Positions 1-10,153 are shown, numbered from the stretch's first letter. The stretch: 64,000 nucleotides of DNA from Promethearchaeota archaeon (GCA_019057795.1 JAHLWS010000053.1:58261-122260), one strand, 5' to 3'. Program-made: numbers and translations. Notes: generated by a model not told the origin, from the letters alone.

Positions 1-3
1 GGT

Positions 4-204
4 TTGATTGGTTGGTGGTTGTTAATTTGGATGTTATGTTTTTGGTTTATTACGCCATTTTTTGTTAGTTTTATTGTATATAAATACGAATACGATAAAG
101 AGGAATGGAGCTGGAAGAATATTATAAAACCAGGTATTGGAATATTTTTCTTATTATTTATGATTGTTACTGTTATTACACATACATTTTTAGCTTTTCC
201 CTGA
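4..204 (+). CDS. small membrane protein, possibly 5'-truncated at the window edge
   Basis: Two hydrophobic segments; the frame is open to position 1. Confidence 0.5.
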   Translation: MIGWWLLIWMLCFWFITPFFVSFIVYKYEYDKEEWSWKNIIKPGIGIFFLLFMIVTVITHTFLAFP

Positions 205-210
205 ATTGAA

Positions 211-714
211 CTATAATTGTATTGTTTGTTTTATTTTCTTCTCAATCTTCCCCTTAGAACTAAAGACAATTTCGTCCAATTTATATATCCTGTTGCAGTA
301 AATGCATTGAATTTTAAGTGGTTTTTCTTCTAGAACCATGAATTCTGTTTCAATTGGTTCATTGGAATTAGAAATGCATGTTTTGTTCCGGCATAAAATT
401 AATTTCTTAATTACTTCAGGGAGGTTTACCTTTTTCTTCTCAATAACCTTATATTCTTCAATTAAAGAGATATTCGCATTTGGAGAAAGTATAGAAATTT
501 GTTGCATTTGTTTTTTGTTGAGAAAGACGCCTTCAATTTTTATAATATCTTTTCTTTGATACTTCTTAGACGAAACATTAACACCAATTGTAATAAGATT
601 TGGAGATTCGTCAAGTCCCGTTAAATTCATAATAGTTAACGCGTATCCGGCGTCAATATGGTCAATAACGGTTCCCTTCTTTAATCTGGCTATTTTTAAT
701 TTTTCTTCCAACAT
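211..714 (-). CDS. pyrI: aspartate carbamoyltransferase regulatory subunit
   Basis: GTVIDHI and KDIIKIE motifs; C-x4-C...C-x2-C zinc site. Confidence 0.95.
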   Translation of the reverse strand: MLEEKLKIARLKKGTVIDHIDAGYALTIMNLTGLDESPNLITIGVNVSSKKYQRKDIIKIEGVFLNKKQMQQISILSPNANISLIEEYKVIEKKKVNLPEVIKKLILCRNKTCISNSNEPIETEFMVLEEKPLKIQCIYCNRIYKLDEIVFSSKGKIEKKIKQTIQL

Positions 715-779
715 TTACTTAATTATTAAAAATTATTTAATTGAAAAATTTTACTAAAAAAAATTATTACTTCAATTTC

Positions 780-1871
780 TTAAATTAATATTAATATCGA
801 TATAAAAAATAAAACTGTTGATACAATAAAATTATAAGACAAGTTATCGTCAACCTCCAAATCCAAAAAATCTAAAAGTCCAATAATTACAGCTCCAACT
901 AAGGGAATTAAAATTAAACTTACGGGTTTTAACATATATACTTGTCTTAAAAGCAACAAAGTGATAACTCCAGAGACATAGGCAACGCTCATACCCGCAA
1001 ATAAACCCTCATAAGTTTTTTTTGTATTTCGAATTTTCTTGCGTCCAAATTTTTTTCCGACTAAATTTGCAGTCATATCAGCAAAAATTGACATCGTCAT
1101 TGAAGTGCAAATTACCAATGGACCTATAGGTTGAAACATCCCATATAAGATTATTATTGAAAAACAACCAATTCCCATGGATATATGTGGGCCCAATCTC
1201 ATGTGTCGCTCTTTTTTTCTTAAAATTCGATTAACTGGCTTCAAAGGGTAGAGGTCTGGCCTTAAAATTCTAATAAAATCGGCAGATAACATACCAATTA
1301 AAGAGGCTCCAACTAAAAAAACTACCAAATATTGAGTAAAAATCATTTTATTAGCCTGTGTGTTATAGATGGAAAAGAAGATCTCTGAAATGATATTAGG
1401 GAAAAATTCTAAAACATATACAAATATGTTTTGAACTAGAAAACCTAAAGTGAAATAAAAAAAAACAATCCCTAAAACAACCAAATGAGTTAATTTTCTA
1501 TAAAGCTCGTATTTAAATGGAAGAACCTCCGAGAATAAGGAGAAGTCTTCTTTCCAAGGTTTCTCTTTTAAATCTCTTTTAACAATTCGCTTTTCTCTAT
1601 AAATCGAATAATAAAAAAGAGGAAGAAAAAATATGATGAAGGTTATCATAAAAATATCAAATGGAAATACTATAAAATCAATATTCGAAATGTGTAAAAA
1701 GTTGATTGTAATTAAATTGATTGTTATACTAATTATTAGTATTAGAGAGTTTACCAAATTATTAATAAAGGCACCTCTTTCGCCTCTTTTCTTTGCTAAA
1801 AAGGCTATATATAATGAGATTACCCCATAAATGTATAAGGTGCCTGTAATAATAAATGATAAAATATTCAA
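780..1871 (-). CDS. dolichol/phytol kinase-like polytopic membrane protein (CTP_transf_1 family)
   Basis: ELYRKLTHL, D-x2-A-x2-VG-x2-FG, KTYEG and DDNL motifs; many TM helices. Confidence 0.8.
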   Translation of the reverse strand: MNILSFIITGTLYIYGVISLYIAFLAKKRGERGAFINNLVNSLILIISITINLITINFLHISNIDFIVFPFDIFMITFIIFFLPLFYYSIYREKRIVKRDLKEKPWKEDFSLFSEVLPFKYELYRKLTHLVVLGIVFFYFTLGFLVQNIFVYVLEFFPNIISEIFFSIYNTQANKMIFTQYLVVFLVGASLIGMLSADFIRILRPDLYPLKPVNRILRKKERHMRLGPHISMGIGCFSIIILYGMFQPIGPLVICTSMTMSIFADMTANLVGKKFGRKKIRNTKKTYEGLFAGMSVAYVSGVITLLLLRQVYMLKPVSLILIPLVGAVIIGLLDFLDLEVDDNLSYNFIVSTVLFFISILILI

Positions 1872-1982
1872 AAATCAACAATCTCCTTAAGTTTTCTTAT
1901 AGATATTATCTGTGAAATATTAAAATCTTTATTAAAATTGAATTGATAAACAATTAAATTAAAAAAAAATTGAAAATTTGAC

Positions 1983-3383
1983 CTAAAAACGGGTTTCGTC
2001 AATATTGGGCATATCAAGTGCGGTTAAAGCTTTTTGAATTTCTTCGTACGGGAGCTCGTAATCTATTAAATTGCCAATCATGTATTCTTTGTATGCTAAT
2101 AAATCGAAAAACCCATGACCACTTAGACAGAATACAATATTCTTCTTTTCGTTGTTCTCTTTAGCCAATAAGGCTTGATCTATTGTTTCTTTTATAGCGT
2201 GAGCAGCTTCAGGTGCGGGTAATATGCCCTCTGTTTTAGCAAACATTAATCCTGACGCAATAACTTCAGTTTGATGGTGCATAACAGACGAGATTATCTT
2301 CTTACTTGATAAAATTGAAATTATCGGCGCCATTCCATGGTAACGTAAGCCTCATGCGTGAATTGGGCTAGGAATGAAATTGTGTCCGAGCGTATACATT
2401 TTTAAAATTGGAGCTTTTTTCGCCGAATCACCGTAATCCCATCTATACTCTCCTTTATTAACGCTTGGACAGGCTCTTGGTTCTACCCCAACAATCTCTA
2501 TATCAGGGTTTTTACCTTGGAGTTTGTCTCTAACGAAGGGTATTATTAATCCACCTAGATTAGAACCTCCACCCATACATCCTATTAATACATCAGGTTG
2601 AATATCAATTTTGTTAAGTTGAGCTTTCACCTCTTGTCCTATTATCGTCTGATGTAATAGAACAAAATTTACAACGCTACCCAATGAATATCTTGCTTTA
2701 TCACTTCTCATACTATGCTCTATTGCTTCAGATATAGCAATTCCTAGGCTTCCAGGGTGATCTGGATCGTTTTCATAGTAATATTTTCCAGAATCCGTAA
2801 GGTTAGAGGGGCTTGCATGAACTTGTGCATTAAAAGCTCTCATTAATATTTTTCTTCCAGGTTTTTGCAAAAAACTAGCTCGTACCATATAAACCGTGCA
2901 ATTTATATCGAATAAATTACACCCGTAGGACAAGGCTGAACCCCATTGACCAGCGCCAGTTTCAGTTATCAACTCACTTACCCCATCTCTTTTAGAATAA
3001 TAGGCTTGAGCTAAGGCTGTATTTGGTTTGTGTGAACCAGTTGGAGATACTGATTCGTTTTTAAAAAAAATTTTAATGTCATCGCCTACTATTCCAAGTT
3101 CTTTTTCTAAACCACAGGCTCTATGAAGAGGGGTGGGGCGGTATGATTTTGCAAAAAGCTCCCTTAATTCTTTCGGGATGGAGATTAATGGATCTTGAGA
3201 AATTTCTTGAAGTACACATTCTTTTGGAAATATTGCAAAAGCAAGTTCTGGAGGTGCAGGTTTTCCATCCATTGGATTTATTAAGGGCGTCATAGGAGCA
3301 GGTAAATCGGGTAAAATATTAACCCATTCCTTTGGTATTTCGTTTGGTTCGAGTAAAATTCTTATTTTATTAAAATCTATCAT
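1983..3383 (-). pseudogene. trpB2: TrpB2 (stand-alone tryptophan synthase beta-type PLP enzyme) interrupted by an in-frame TGA at 2352-2354
   Basis: PTGSHKPN (PLP lysine), TETGAGQWG and GGGSN motifs. The two ORFs 2352-3383 and 1983-2333 are in one frame and read IHA*GLRYHGMAP across the stop, versus the family motif IHAGGLRYHG. Read-through gives 466 aa. Confidence 0.85.
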
Positions 3384-3541
3384 ATCTTATTCCTTTTTAA
3401 TATTATCTCATCATCTATTTTATATGATGTCTCATTTTAAGATTGGAGCCCAATTATAATAATGCCCAATTGCAAATGCAATTGAAATTTAAAATTCGAT
3501 GTTTAGAAATAAAAAGAGCGCGAAGTATGGTTTATCCATTG

Positions 3542-3563
3542 AAAAAGCGTTTTCATGAACGCC
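3542..3563 (-). terminator. hairpin plus U-tract overlapping the leader-peptide stop codon (attenuator-like)
   Basis: GGCGUU-CAUGAA-AACGCU followed by UUUU on the minus strand. Confidence 0.45.
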
Positions 3564-3603
3564 AAGGCCACTGCCAACAAAAAAGAATATCTTTAGTAAC
3601 CAT
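3553..3603 (-). CDS. putative Trp-rich leader peptide MVTKDILFCWQWPWRS
   Basis: ATG GTT ACT AAA GAT ATT CTT TTT TGT TGG CAG TGG CCT TGG CGT TCA TGA. Three TGG codons within five; ends 170 nt upstream of trpB2; TATA-like TTATATAA at 3621-3628. Confidence 0.65.
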   Translation of the reverse strand: MVTKDILFCWQWPWRS

Positions 3604-3686
3604 AGATATAAACCATGCTTTTATATAATGATATTATTATTGTCAGAAACTTATAAAGTTAATCCTCTGTGTTAAAAATGTATCTG

Positions 3687-4091
3687 TTATTTCCCTTCAA
3701 AAATATTTGCTAAATTTTTAGCTGCTACCCTCATTACTTTAACGGTCTTCATTAAAGTGTCAATAAGAGTTCCCGCACATACAATTACTAAACGTCCGGC
3801 ATTACTGACGATAATGTAGCCATCTTCTGCCCTCACAATTATTTCACTTAGCTCTTCTTGAAATAATGTTTTGATTGTTGAGCTTCCGGTCATCAGCAAA
3901 GCGCTCGCAAGCCCACAGAATTGATCTCCGTCAACTTTATATTGCGGAAGCGCCGAAAATGCGATCTGGTACCCTTCTACGCTTACGAGAGCAATGGCTT
4001 CTATGTCTGCGTTTGAAGTTATAAATGTAATTTGAGGGCTAATTTTTTCAATTTCTTCAGGTCCTATTCCTAATTCGCTTCCAAATTCGAT
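3687..4091 (-). CDS. Roadblock/LC7 domain protein, about 134 aa, probable non-canonical ATC start
   Basis: The frame stays open upstream of the annotated TTG (3899) and encodes the N-terminal half of the domain (ITSNADIEAIALVSVEGYQIA...FCGLASALL). An SD-like GTGA lies 6 nt before ATC at 4091. Confidence 0.8.
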   Translation of the reverse strand: MEFGSELGIGPEEIEKISPQITFITSNADIEAIALVSVEGYQIAFSALPQYKVDGDQFCGLASALLMTGSSTIKTLFQEELSEIIVRAEDGYIIVSNAGRLVIVCAGTLIDTLMKTVKVMRVAAKNLANIFEGK

Positions 4092-4343
4092 AATACATCA
4101 CATTCTGGGGTAATTTTTTAATTTATTTGAATTTAAAGATTTTACAATATTTTTATTATAATTAATATAATGTTGATACTTTTTATTTTTTTATTTTTTG
4201 TTCCTCCTACTTTTAATAGAGTTACTATTTAAATCTTTTATCTGAAGAAAACAAAATCCTTAAAAAAATAATTTCTATTGCTAAAAGTTAAAATAGATCA
4301 TTATTATTCTATATAAAAATAAATTTGAAAAAAAAATGAAATT

Positions 4344-6650
4344 ATGATAACTACAAGAGAATCAATAAATTATCAATTTTCTTTAATTTTTGGTTACTCT
4401 AGTCCAACAGATTTAATAGTTGGTGATGTAATTGGGCCGGGCAAGTTAACTAAAGAAAGGGTTAACGAACTAACGCAAGAGGTAATTAAATTCTTGCGTA
4501 TGTATAACGCCATTCTAAGAGATTACTCAGGTTCAGAAGTTTTTAGTATTGAATTTGAGTTGTATAATTTTGACGAAAAAGATGCGATGGTTAATATTTA
4601 TCCAAAATCTATGTTATTAATTCCTGGTAAGTTTAAAGACTGTGAAAGTTTATTACTTGCTTTAAAACCGGAAACGGGATATTTAGATCCTCATAAATCA
4701 AGGAAATCTGTTAATCATATTAGTAGACTATTTTTTGAAGTGGAAGAGTTTACGAGTCGTCCCGAATTGGGAACTAGTGATAAAACCCAAGTCCTTAAAA
4801 AATTTGCGACGCGTTTTAGCAAAAAACTTTATGGAGAGTTAATTGAAGATAAATGGAATAAAAAATTAATTGGTTTAAGCGTTTCTCTTCCAACAGAGAA
4901 AGAAATGTTAATTACTTATGCTGCGATAAAATCTGACACCAATTTTCTATGGAATAAAAGACCTATTGAAATGATATTTTCAAATCATAAATATGAGCGC
5001 CTTAAATCTCCATTTACTGGCAAATCGATAATTGATCATCTTAAATACACAATATCTGAGCCTAGTGCTAATTTTATAATAGAAAAAACCTTAAACTTAG
5101 GGACTAATCTCATAAAATTAGCAAATACTGGGACTATAGATGAAATACAAGATAAGTTAATCTCTTTTCTTATCGTAAAAATCAAAGAAAAACTAGAGAA
5201 TGTTAAAGAATTACATTCTGGAGATTGGGTAATTTCTAATATTGAGATCATAATCAAAGAATTGGAGTTAAAGGTTGACAATTTTTTAAAACACTCTAAT
5301 AATTTTCTAACTACTGGGGAGACTGGAGGTTTACTCGAACTTTTGGATAAATATAACAAATATATTATTGGTATTGCTGGAGATAACCTCAATATTTTTA
5401 AAGAACTTAGTCAATTTGCAACTGAATCTATTAAGTTATCAATTAGTAGAGGAGAAAAATTTAGAGCCATAGAATTAAGCTCTGTAATCAATTATTTTGC
5501 TGAAGTTATTAAGAATAGTTTTATGTTAATAAGAGAGTCGTTTCCTCAATATCTTTCAAGACGTAGACTAAAAACCTTGACTCATTATTTTATTGGTAAT
5601 TTAAACGAAAAATTCAATAAAGAACAGAAACCTTCGAAAACTTTAGGTCAAAATATATTAACTAAATTTGAACAATATTTAATAAGCCAAATAGAAATAA
5701 GTCCAAGCGTATTGTCAAAAGTAAATAAATTTAATGAAGATTCTTTAGCAAGAGAATTTAAAAAAACGATAAATGGGAATATTAAATCGTTCTTTGAAGG
5801 GATTAAGTTAAATATAAGCGATTTAATTGCCTTTGCAGAAATTCAAATGGAAAAAGACTCGAACGTAATAAAATCACATATAATTAAATTTGAGCGATAT
5901 TCTAACGAACTAAAATATTTATTGAATTATATTCTAAGATACACTACGATAAATCGGTTTTTAAAAGAAGAACCAGATGTTGAAATAACAGACCCAGTAA
6001 CTTTTACGAATAGATTTCATCGATTCTTAGAAAAGAGAGTTGGTGGGATTGATTTAGCTTGGAAAACTTATGTACTAGATTGGATAAAAGATTATGCTAA
6101 GAAATTCTTTAAAATAGAAGAAAAAAGAAATTGGTCTTTAGATGAGACCGTATTTGATTTCATAAGATATCTTGAAGAAAGGGAATCAAAAGAGCAAGAA
6201 CCAGAAAGTTTTCTCAAGTTGTTAGATAAATATATCTTAACCGTCTCAGATGAGAGGGAAAAAGAACATTTAATAGATTTTTATAAACATTATGTGTTTT
6301 GCATTGATATAAAGACAGAATTTCCAAAATACATTCAAAATAATGTTGAAAAGGAAATCAATTTATTAAACATTGATCGAGAAAAAATAATTCCCGTTAA
6401 ATATTTCAGCATTGATGGGGCAGAGCCGTTCTATAATTACATAAAAGAGAGAAAACTGAAGTATTTTTCGAAGTTAATACCGAGGCCTGTATCCTTGATT
6501 TTAAAGCATGAATTAACAAATGAAGAAAAAGAATTGTTTAATGCTGATTTATATCACACTTTTAATTTTAAATATTGGTATAACAAAGCCAAATATGATA
6601 TCGCAGATAATTTTAAGGAAGTATATCGAGAATGGATAAAAGAGTTATGA
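4344..6650 (+). CDS. large hypothetical protein, predicted mostly helical
   Basis: 768-aa ORF with host-like composition; no recognisable motif. Confidence 0.8.
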   Translation: MITTRESINYQFSLIFGYSSPTDLIVGDVIGPGKLTKERVNELTQEVIKFLRMYNAILRDYSGSEVFSIEFELYNFDEKDAMVNIYPKSMLLIPGKFKDCESLLLALKPETGYLDPHKSRKSVNHISRLFFEVEEFTSRPELGTSDKTQVLKKFATRFSKKLYGELIEDKWNKKLIGLSVSLPTEKEMLITYAAIKSDTNFLWNKRPIEMIFSNHKYERLKSPFTGKSIIDHLKYTISEPSANFIIEKTLNLGTNLIKLANTGTIDEIQDKLISFLIVKIKEKLENVKELHSGDWVISNIEIIIKELELKVDNFLKHSNNFLTTGETGGLLELLDKYNKYIIGIAGDNLNIFKELSQFATESIKLSISRGEKFRAIELSSVINYFAEVIKNSFMLIRESFPQYLSRRRLKTLTHYFIGNLNEKFNKEQKPSKTLGQNILTKFEQYLISQIEISPSVLSKVNKFNEDSLAREFKKTINGNIKSFFEGIKLNISDLIAFAEIQMEKDSNVIKSHIIKFERYSNELKYLLNYILRYTTINRFLKEEPDVEITDPVTFTNRFHRFLEKRVGGIDLAWKTYVLDWIKDYAKKFFKIEEKRNWSLDETVFDFIRYLEERESKEQEPESFLKLLDKYILTVSDEREKEHLIDFYKHYVFCIDIKTEFPKYIQNNVEKEINLLNIDREKIIPVKYFSIDGAEPFYNYIKERKLKYFSKLIPRPVSLILKHELTNEEKELFNADLYHTFNFKYWYNKAKYDIADNFKEVYREWIKEL

Positions 6651-9046
6651 TAAGTGGAGTAAAGCGAAAAACTACTGCCGTAGAAAGCACTTATAGATTT
6701 TTTCAGACGATTGATCTGATAATTTCGCACTTGAAGCGAGAGGCCGATAAAAAAATAATTTTTGCATTGATTCACACAGCCCCTACATTGCGCTCACTAC
6801 TAATTGCTACGGCGGCAGTACATTTGTACCATTATATGGGTATTAGAGTGCAAGAATCGTTGGAGTTAAACAAATTTACTTTCGATTCAACTAAAGAACT
6901 AGAATTAAAAGAAAAAAAAATTTTGATAGAGGAAGTTGATTCTTTATTAAAAACATCATTTGAATTGGAAGGAAGCATATTTAACAATATAATTGATTTA
7001 GAGAATTTGTTTTTGACGCTATTAATTGAAGAAAGAACCGGTAATCTTCAACAAACTCAGAGAGTAAAAAAAATAAACGATATTGAAACCCAAATTGAAC
7101 GCGAACTGTTAAATATTATCTCTAAATTCCCATCCTTTTATTTTTACGATTTTATTGGGGATTTAATTGGGCTTAATGATACTATAAAAAGAGAAATCTT
7201 AGAGGAAAGCGCGGCATTTAAAGGTATATCGATTGAGATGGAAAAAAAATTAGAAAGAGAGGATAAAGAGGATAAATATATTGAAGTATCCACATTGAAT
7301 CGCTTAATCGAAAGAATGCAAAAGCAATTTGAGTTCAAATCATACAAGGAGTTACAAGTTCAGACAATGCCTATAAGAATGATAAAAAAAAGAATATTAG
7401 AGTATGAATTTAATAAGTTTCCAATTTCAGTTCCAGGATTAAGAACTTACTTAGAAGGAAATAATTTAAAAAAGAGAATAATAAGGTCTATTGAGAGTGC
7501 TTTCAAAGAAAATATAAATTACGAACAATTTGAGGAGAAAATCCAATCAGAATTAAAATCTGAATTAATAAAGCAATTTAAAACAAATCCAAACGATTTT
7601 ATTTATTTTCTTCAAAGTTTATATGAATCTAGTTTTGAAGATATTATTTTTTTAATTAACAAAAGAGGAATTAAGGATATTTTACATTTAATTAATATTG
7701 ATTATGAGATAGTTGAAAATGTAAAGAAAAATATGATTAGATATAACATTAAAGAGCAAGATTTAATCGTTTTAAACGATAAAAAGAAAAATTTGATTAA
7801 TTTAGCAAAAAAAACATTGTGTAATCTTAAATTTCCCTTTCTTGAAAACATAATAACAAAATTTGGAAATTTTACAGAATTTAACCTGTTAAAAATTCTT
7901 TATAGAAATGATGTTGAACTTGAAGAGTTATGGAAAATTTTAGAGAAGACTTTGGATTTTTCAATTAATGATTTAAGAGAATTCGTAAGGAAAAAGCAAA
8001 TAATCGACAAAAAATTTTTCCAAGATTTAGGTTTGAGTAATTATTCCCAAATAATTCTTCTTAATGATTTTGATAAGATTTTGAATAATTTAGTGAAAGA
8101 TCTATTTTACTTTATTTTATCTAAAATTTTAAGACAACTAAGTCGAATCATTGAATTGTATGGCATAGTTTCAAACGATAAAGCATTATTTACTTCAGCG
8201 TTAAAACGAGCAGGAGAAACTATAGATATTGAAGATTGGGCTCAAATAAAATTAGAAGAATTAAGCATCGAACGTTTGATAAAAAGGCAAAATGAATTAG
8301 TTGTTGTTTTTAACGCTAATAATCAAGTTTTTCTTGTAAATGGTTTTATATTATCACGTTTAACTAATACATCATTAGAGGAAAGCATTTTTCAATTGAA
8401 AAATGAAGATAGTTATATCTACAAAGAAATCTTACCTTTAAAATTAAAAGGTGATTTGATATCCCCCATTTCATATTGTATCGCCTATGATTTAATCAAA
8501 AGATTTGAAAGTTTTGAAGAAGTAGAGAAAGAAAAAGTTGAGATTGCCACAGAAGTTGAAAAGAAAATAGAGGAAGATAAGAAAATAGAAATTCGTAAAA
8601 TACAAGAAGAAACCACTCTTAATTGGATTGAACGGAAAATAACTTCTACTTTAATGGGCATAAATCGTCCTGGTATGAACCCACATCAATTCTATTGGCA
8701 AAAAAAAGATACTAAAATCGCAACTGAACAGATTAAAATACATAGCGGATTAGAAGGTGGCTGCTTTAATAGAATTTGTGAATATATTCATTTTGCTGTA
8801 GAAAAAATTAAATCTCAGATGGTAAATATGAATTTACCTAATTATGACAGAATTAAATCTGATGTCTCTGCTATTATAGATAGAATTTTATCTGAAAGAT
8901 TGGGTCATGCACCAAATTCTGTTGAAATTGATAAAATGCTTGATGGAGAGAGATACGAAATAGGTAAAGAAATTGCAAAAAAGATTGGGGTACTTTTAGA
9001 CGACGCAGTTTATTTAAAATTCAAGAAAAAACGAAGAAATAATTAA
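6632..9046 (+). CDS. large hypothetical helical/coiled-coil protein
   Basis: 804-aa ORF overlapping the previous gene (operon); E/K-rich coiled segment. Confidence 0.8.
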   Translation: MDKRVMISGVKRKTTAVESTYRFFQTIDLIISHLKREADKKIIFALIHTAPTLRSLLIATAAVHLYHYMGIRVQESLELNKFTFDSTKELELKEKKILIEEVDSLLKTSFELEGSIFNNIIDLENLFLTLLIEERTGNLQQTQRVKKINDIETQIERELLNIISKFPSFYFYDFIGDLIGLNDTIKREILEESAAFKGISIEMEKKLEREDKEDKYIEVSTLNRLIERMQKQFEFKSYKELQVQTMPIRMIKKRILEYEFNKFPISVPGLRTYLEGNNLKKRIIRSIESAFKENINYEQFEEKIQSELKSELIKQFKTNPNDFIYFLQSLYESSFEDIIFLINKRGIKDILHLINIDYEIVENVKKNMIRYNIKEQDLIVLNDKKKNLINLAKKTLCNLKFPFLENIITKFGNFTEFNLLKILYRNDVELEELWKILEKTLDFSINDLREFVRKKQIIDKKFFQDLGLSNYSQIILLNDFDKILNNLVKDLFYFILSKILRQLSRIIELYGIVSNDKALFTSALKRAGETIDIEDWAQIKLEELSIERLIKRQNELVVVFNANNQVFLVNGFILSRLTNTSLEESIFQLKNEDSYIYKEILPLKLKGDLISPISYCIAYDLIKRFESFEEVEKEKVEIATEVEKKIEEDKKIEIRKIQEETTLNWIERKITSTLMGINRPGMNPHQFYWQKKDTKIATEQIKIHSGLEGGCFNRICEYIHFAVEKIKSQMVNMNLPNYDRIKSDVSAIIDRILSERLGHAPNSVEIDKMLDGERYEIGKEIAKKIGVLLDDAVYLKFKKKRRNN

Positions 9047-9144
9047 ACATGTCAAAATAAAATAACAAAAATATTAAAATCATCATAATTTAGTTTATAT
9101 ACAAATTTTAATTTAAAACACCATTAAACGCGTATGATTAAACC

Positions 9145-9411
9145 ATGTCGTGGCTTAAAAAAGAATTGGGCTATTTAAAAGATTCATTTTCTCAAATAAT
9201 TAAAGGTTTTATTCTTTTTGTTTGCGCAACTTCTGGTTTAGGATGTGCTTTATTATTAAGACATCTAGGATATAATGGGACTATAATTGCATTTACCGGA
9301 ATAGTTATAGAAGCAATTGGCTTATTTTTGAGCTACTTATTTTTCCAAAAGCATTTTACGCCAGAAGAGGAAGATGAGACAATGCAAAAAGGGAAGAAAG
9401 CATTTAAGTAA
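9145..9411 (+). CDS. small two-TM membrane protein
   Basis: Two hydrophobic helices and a charged tail. Confidence 0.7.
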   Translation: MSWLKKELGYLKDSFSQIIKGFILFVCATSGLGCALLLRHLGYNGTIIAFTGIVIEAIGLFLSYLFFQKHFTPEEEDETMQKGKKAFK

Positions 9412-9418
9412 ATTAGAA

Positions 9419-10153
9419 TTATTTTACAAAGTCTTCCCATTTCCTTTTATTAATTCGATGAGAAACCAAATAATCCTTTACCTCTGTTAACAAAATTACG
9501 GGGTCATATTCCCACGCTTCCGTTTTATTAAAAGAAAGGCATTTAATTTGTTGTAATTCAAATTTTGACTTTATTAAGAGGCCATAAGTCGCAACTTGTG
9601 GTAATGAATTCATAAAGTTTCCTTCTGGTTTATAATCAATCACTTTTACTATGCTGTCTTCTATTTGAATAAGATCTATGTGTCCTGTAATGTAGTTATT
9701 GTTAACCTTTTTCCAGATTGGAACTTCAATTGCGATTGAATTCTTATCTTTGATTAAAATGTTCTTTAAAACAGGTTCGTGACCAGGAATTTTTCCAATT
9801 TTATTGATATTAAAACTTTCAAATACATTTTGCGTGAAATTTGGTAATTTAGAATCTGAACCGAGGTATCGTATTTTTCCTTCTCGAATTAATTTTTTAC
9901 TGAAACTTGTGATAAAAGCCGGTTTTAACCCTCTCATTTTAAATTGTGATACGCGAGAAAGTCCTTGTAAATTGAACAAGTCATTGGGAATATCTCCTTT
10001 GTATATTCTCTTAAAATAAGAACCTAGCTTAATGAATTCTTCTCGATTAGGGTTCTTTTGCAAAATCTTTTCCTTATGATGAGCAATATTCCAATTAAAA
10101 GCATAAGGGATGTTCTGATGTACAAAAACCTTTTTCTTAAGCAATTTTACCAC
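9419..10153 (-). CDS. PD-(D/E)XK nuclease superfamily protein
   Basis: E...GHIDLI...IDYK...Q-x3-Y motif set (RecB-like). Confidence 0.75.
   Translation of the reverse strand: MVKLLKKKVFVHQNIPYAFNWNIAHHKEKILQKNPNREEFIKLGSYFKRIYKGDIPNDLFNLQGLSRVSQFKMRGLKPAFITSFSKKLIREGKIRYLGSDSKLPNFTQNVFESFNINKIGKIPGHEPVLKNILIKDKNSIAIEVPIWKKVNNNYITGHIDLIQIEDSIVKVIDYKPEGNFMNSLPQVATYGLLIKSKFELQQIKCLSFNKTEAWEYDPVILLTEVKDYLVSHRINKRKWEDFVK

Noticed and set aside
2352-2354. Selenocysteine in TrpB2
   Set aside because: The UGA aligns to a conserved Gly rather than Cys, and no SECIS-like structure is visible downstream.
3443-3628. 61-aa plus-strand ORF
   Set aside because: Antisense to the Trp leader region with no recognisable product; the minus-strand reading explains the GC-rich patch better.
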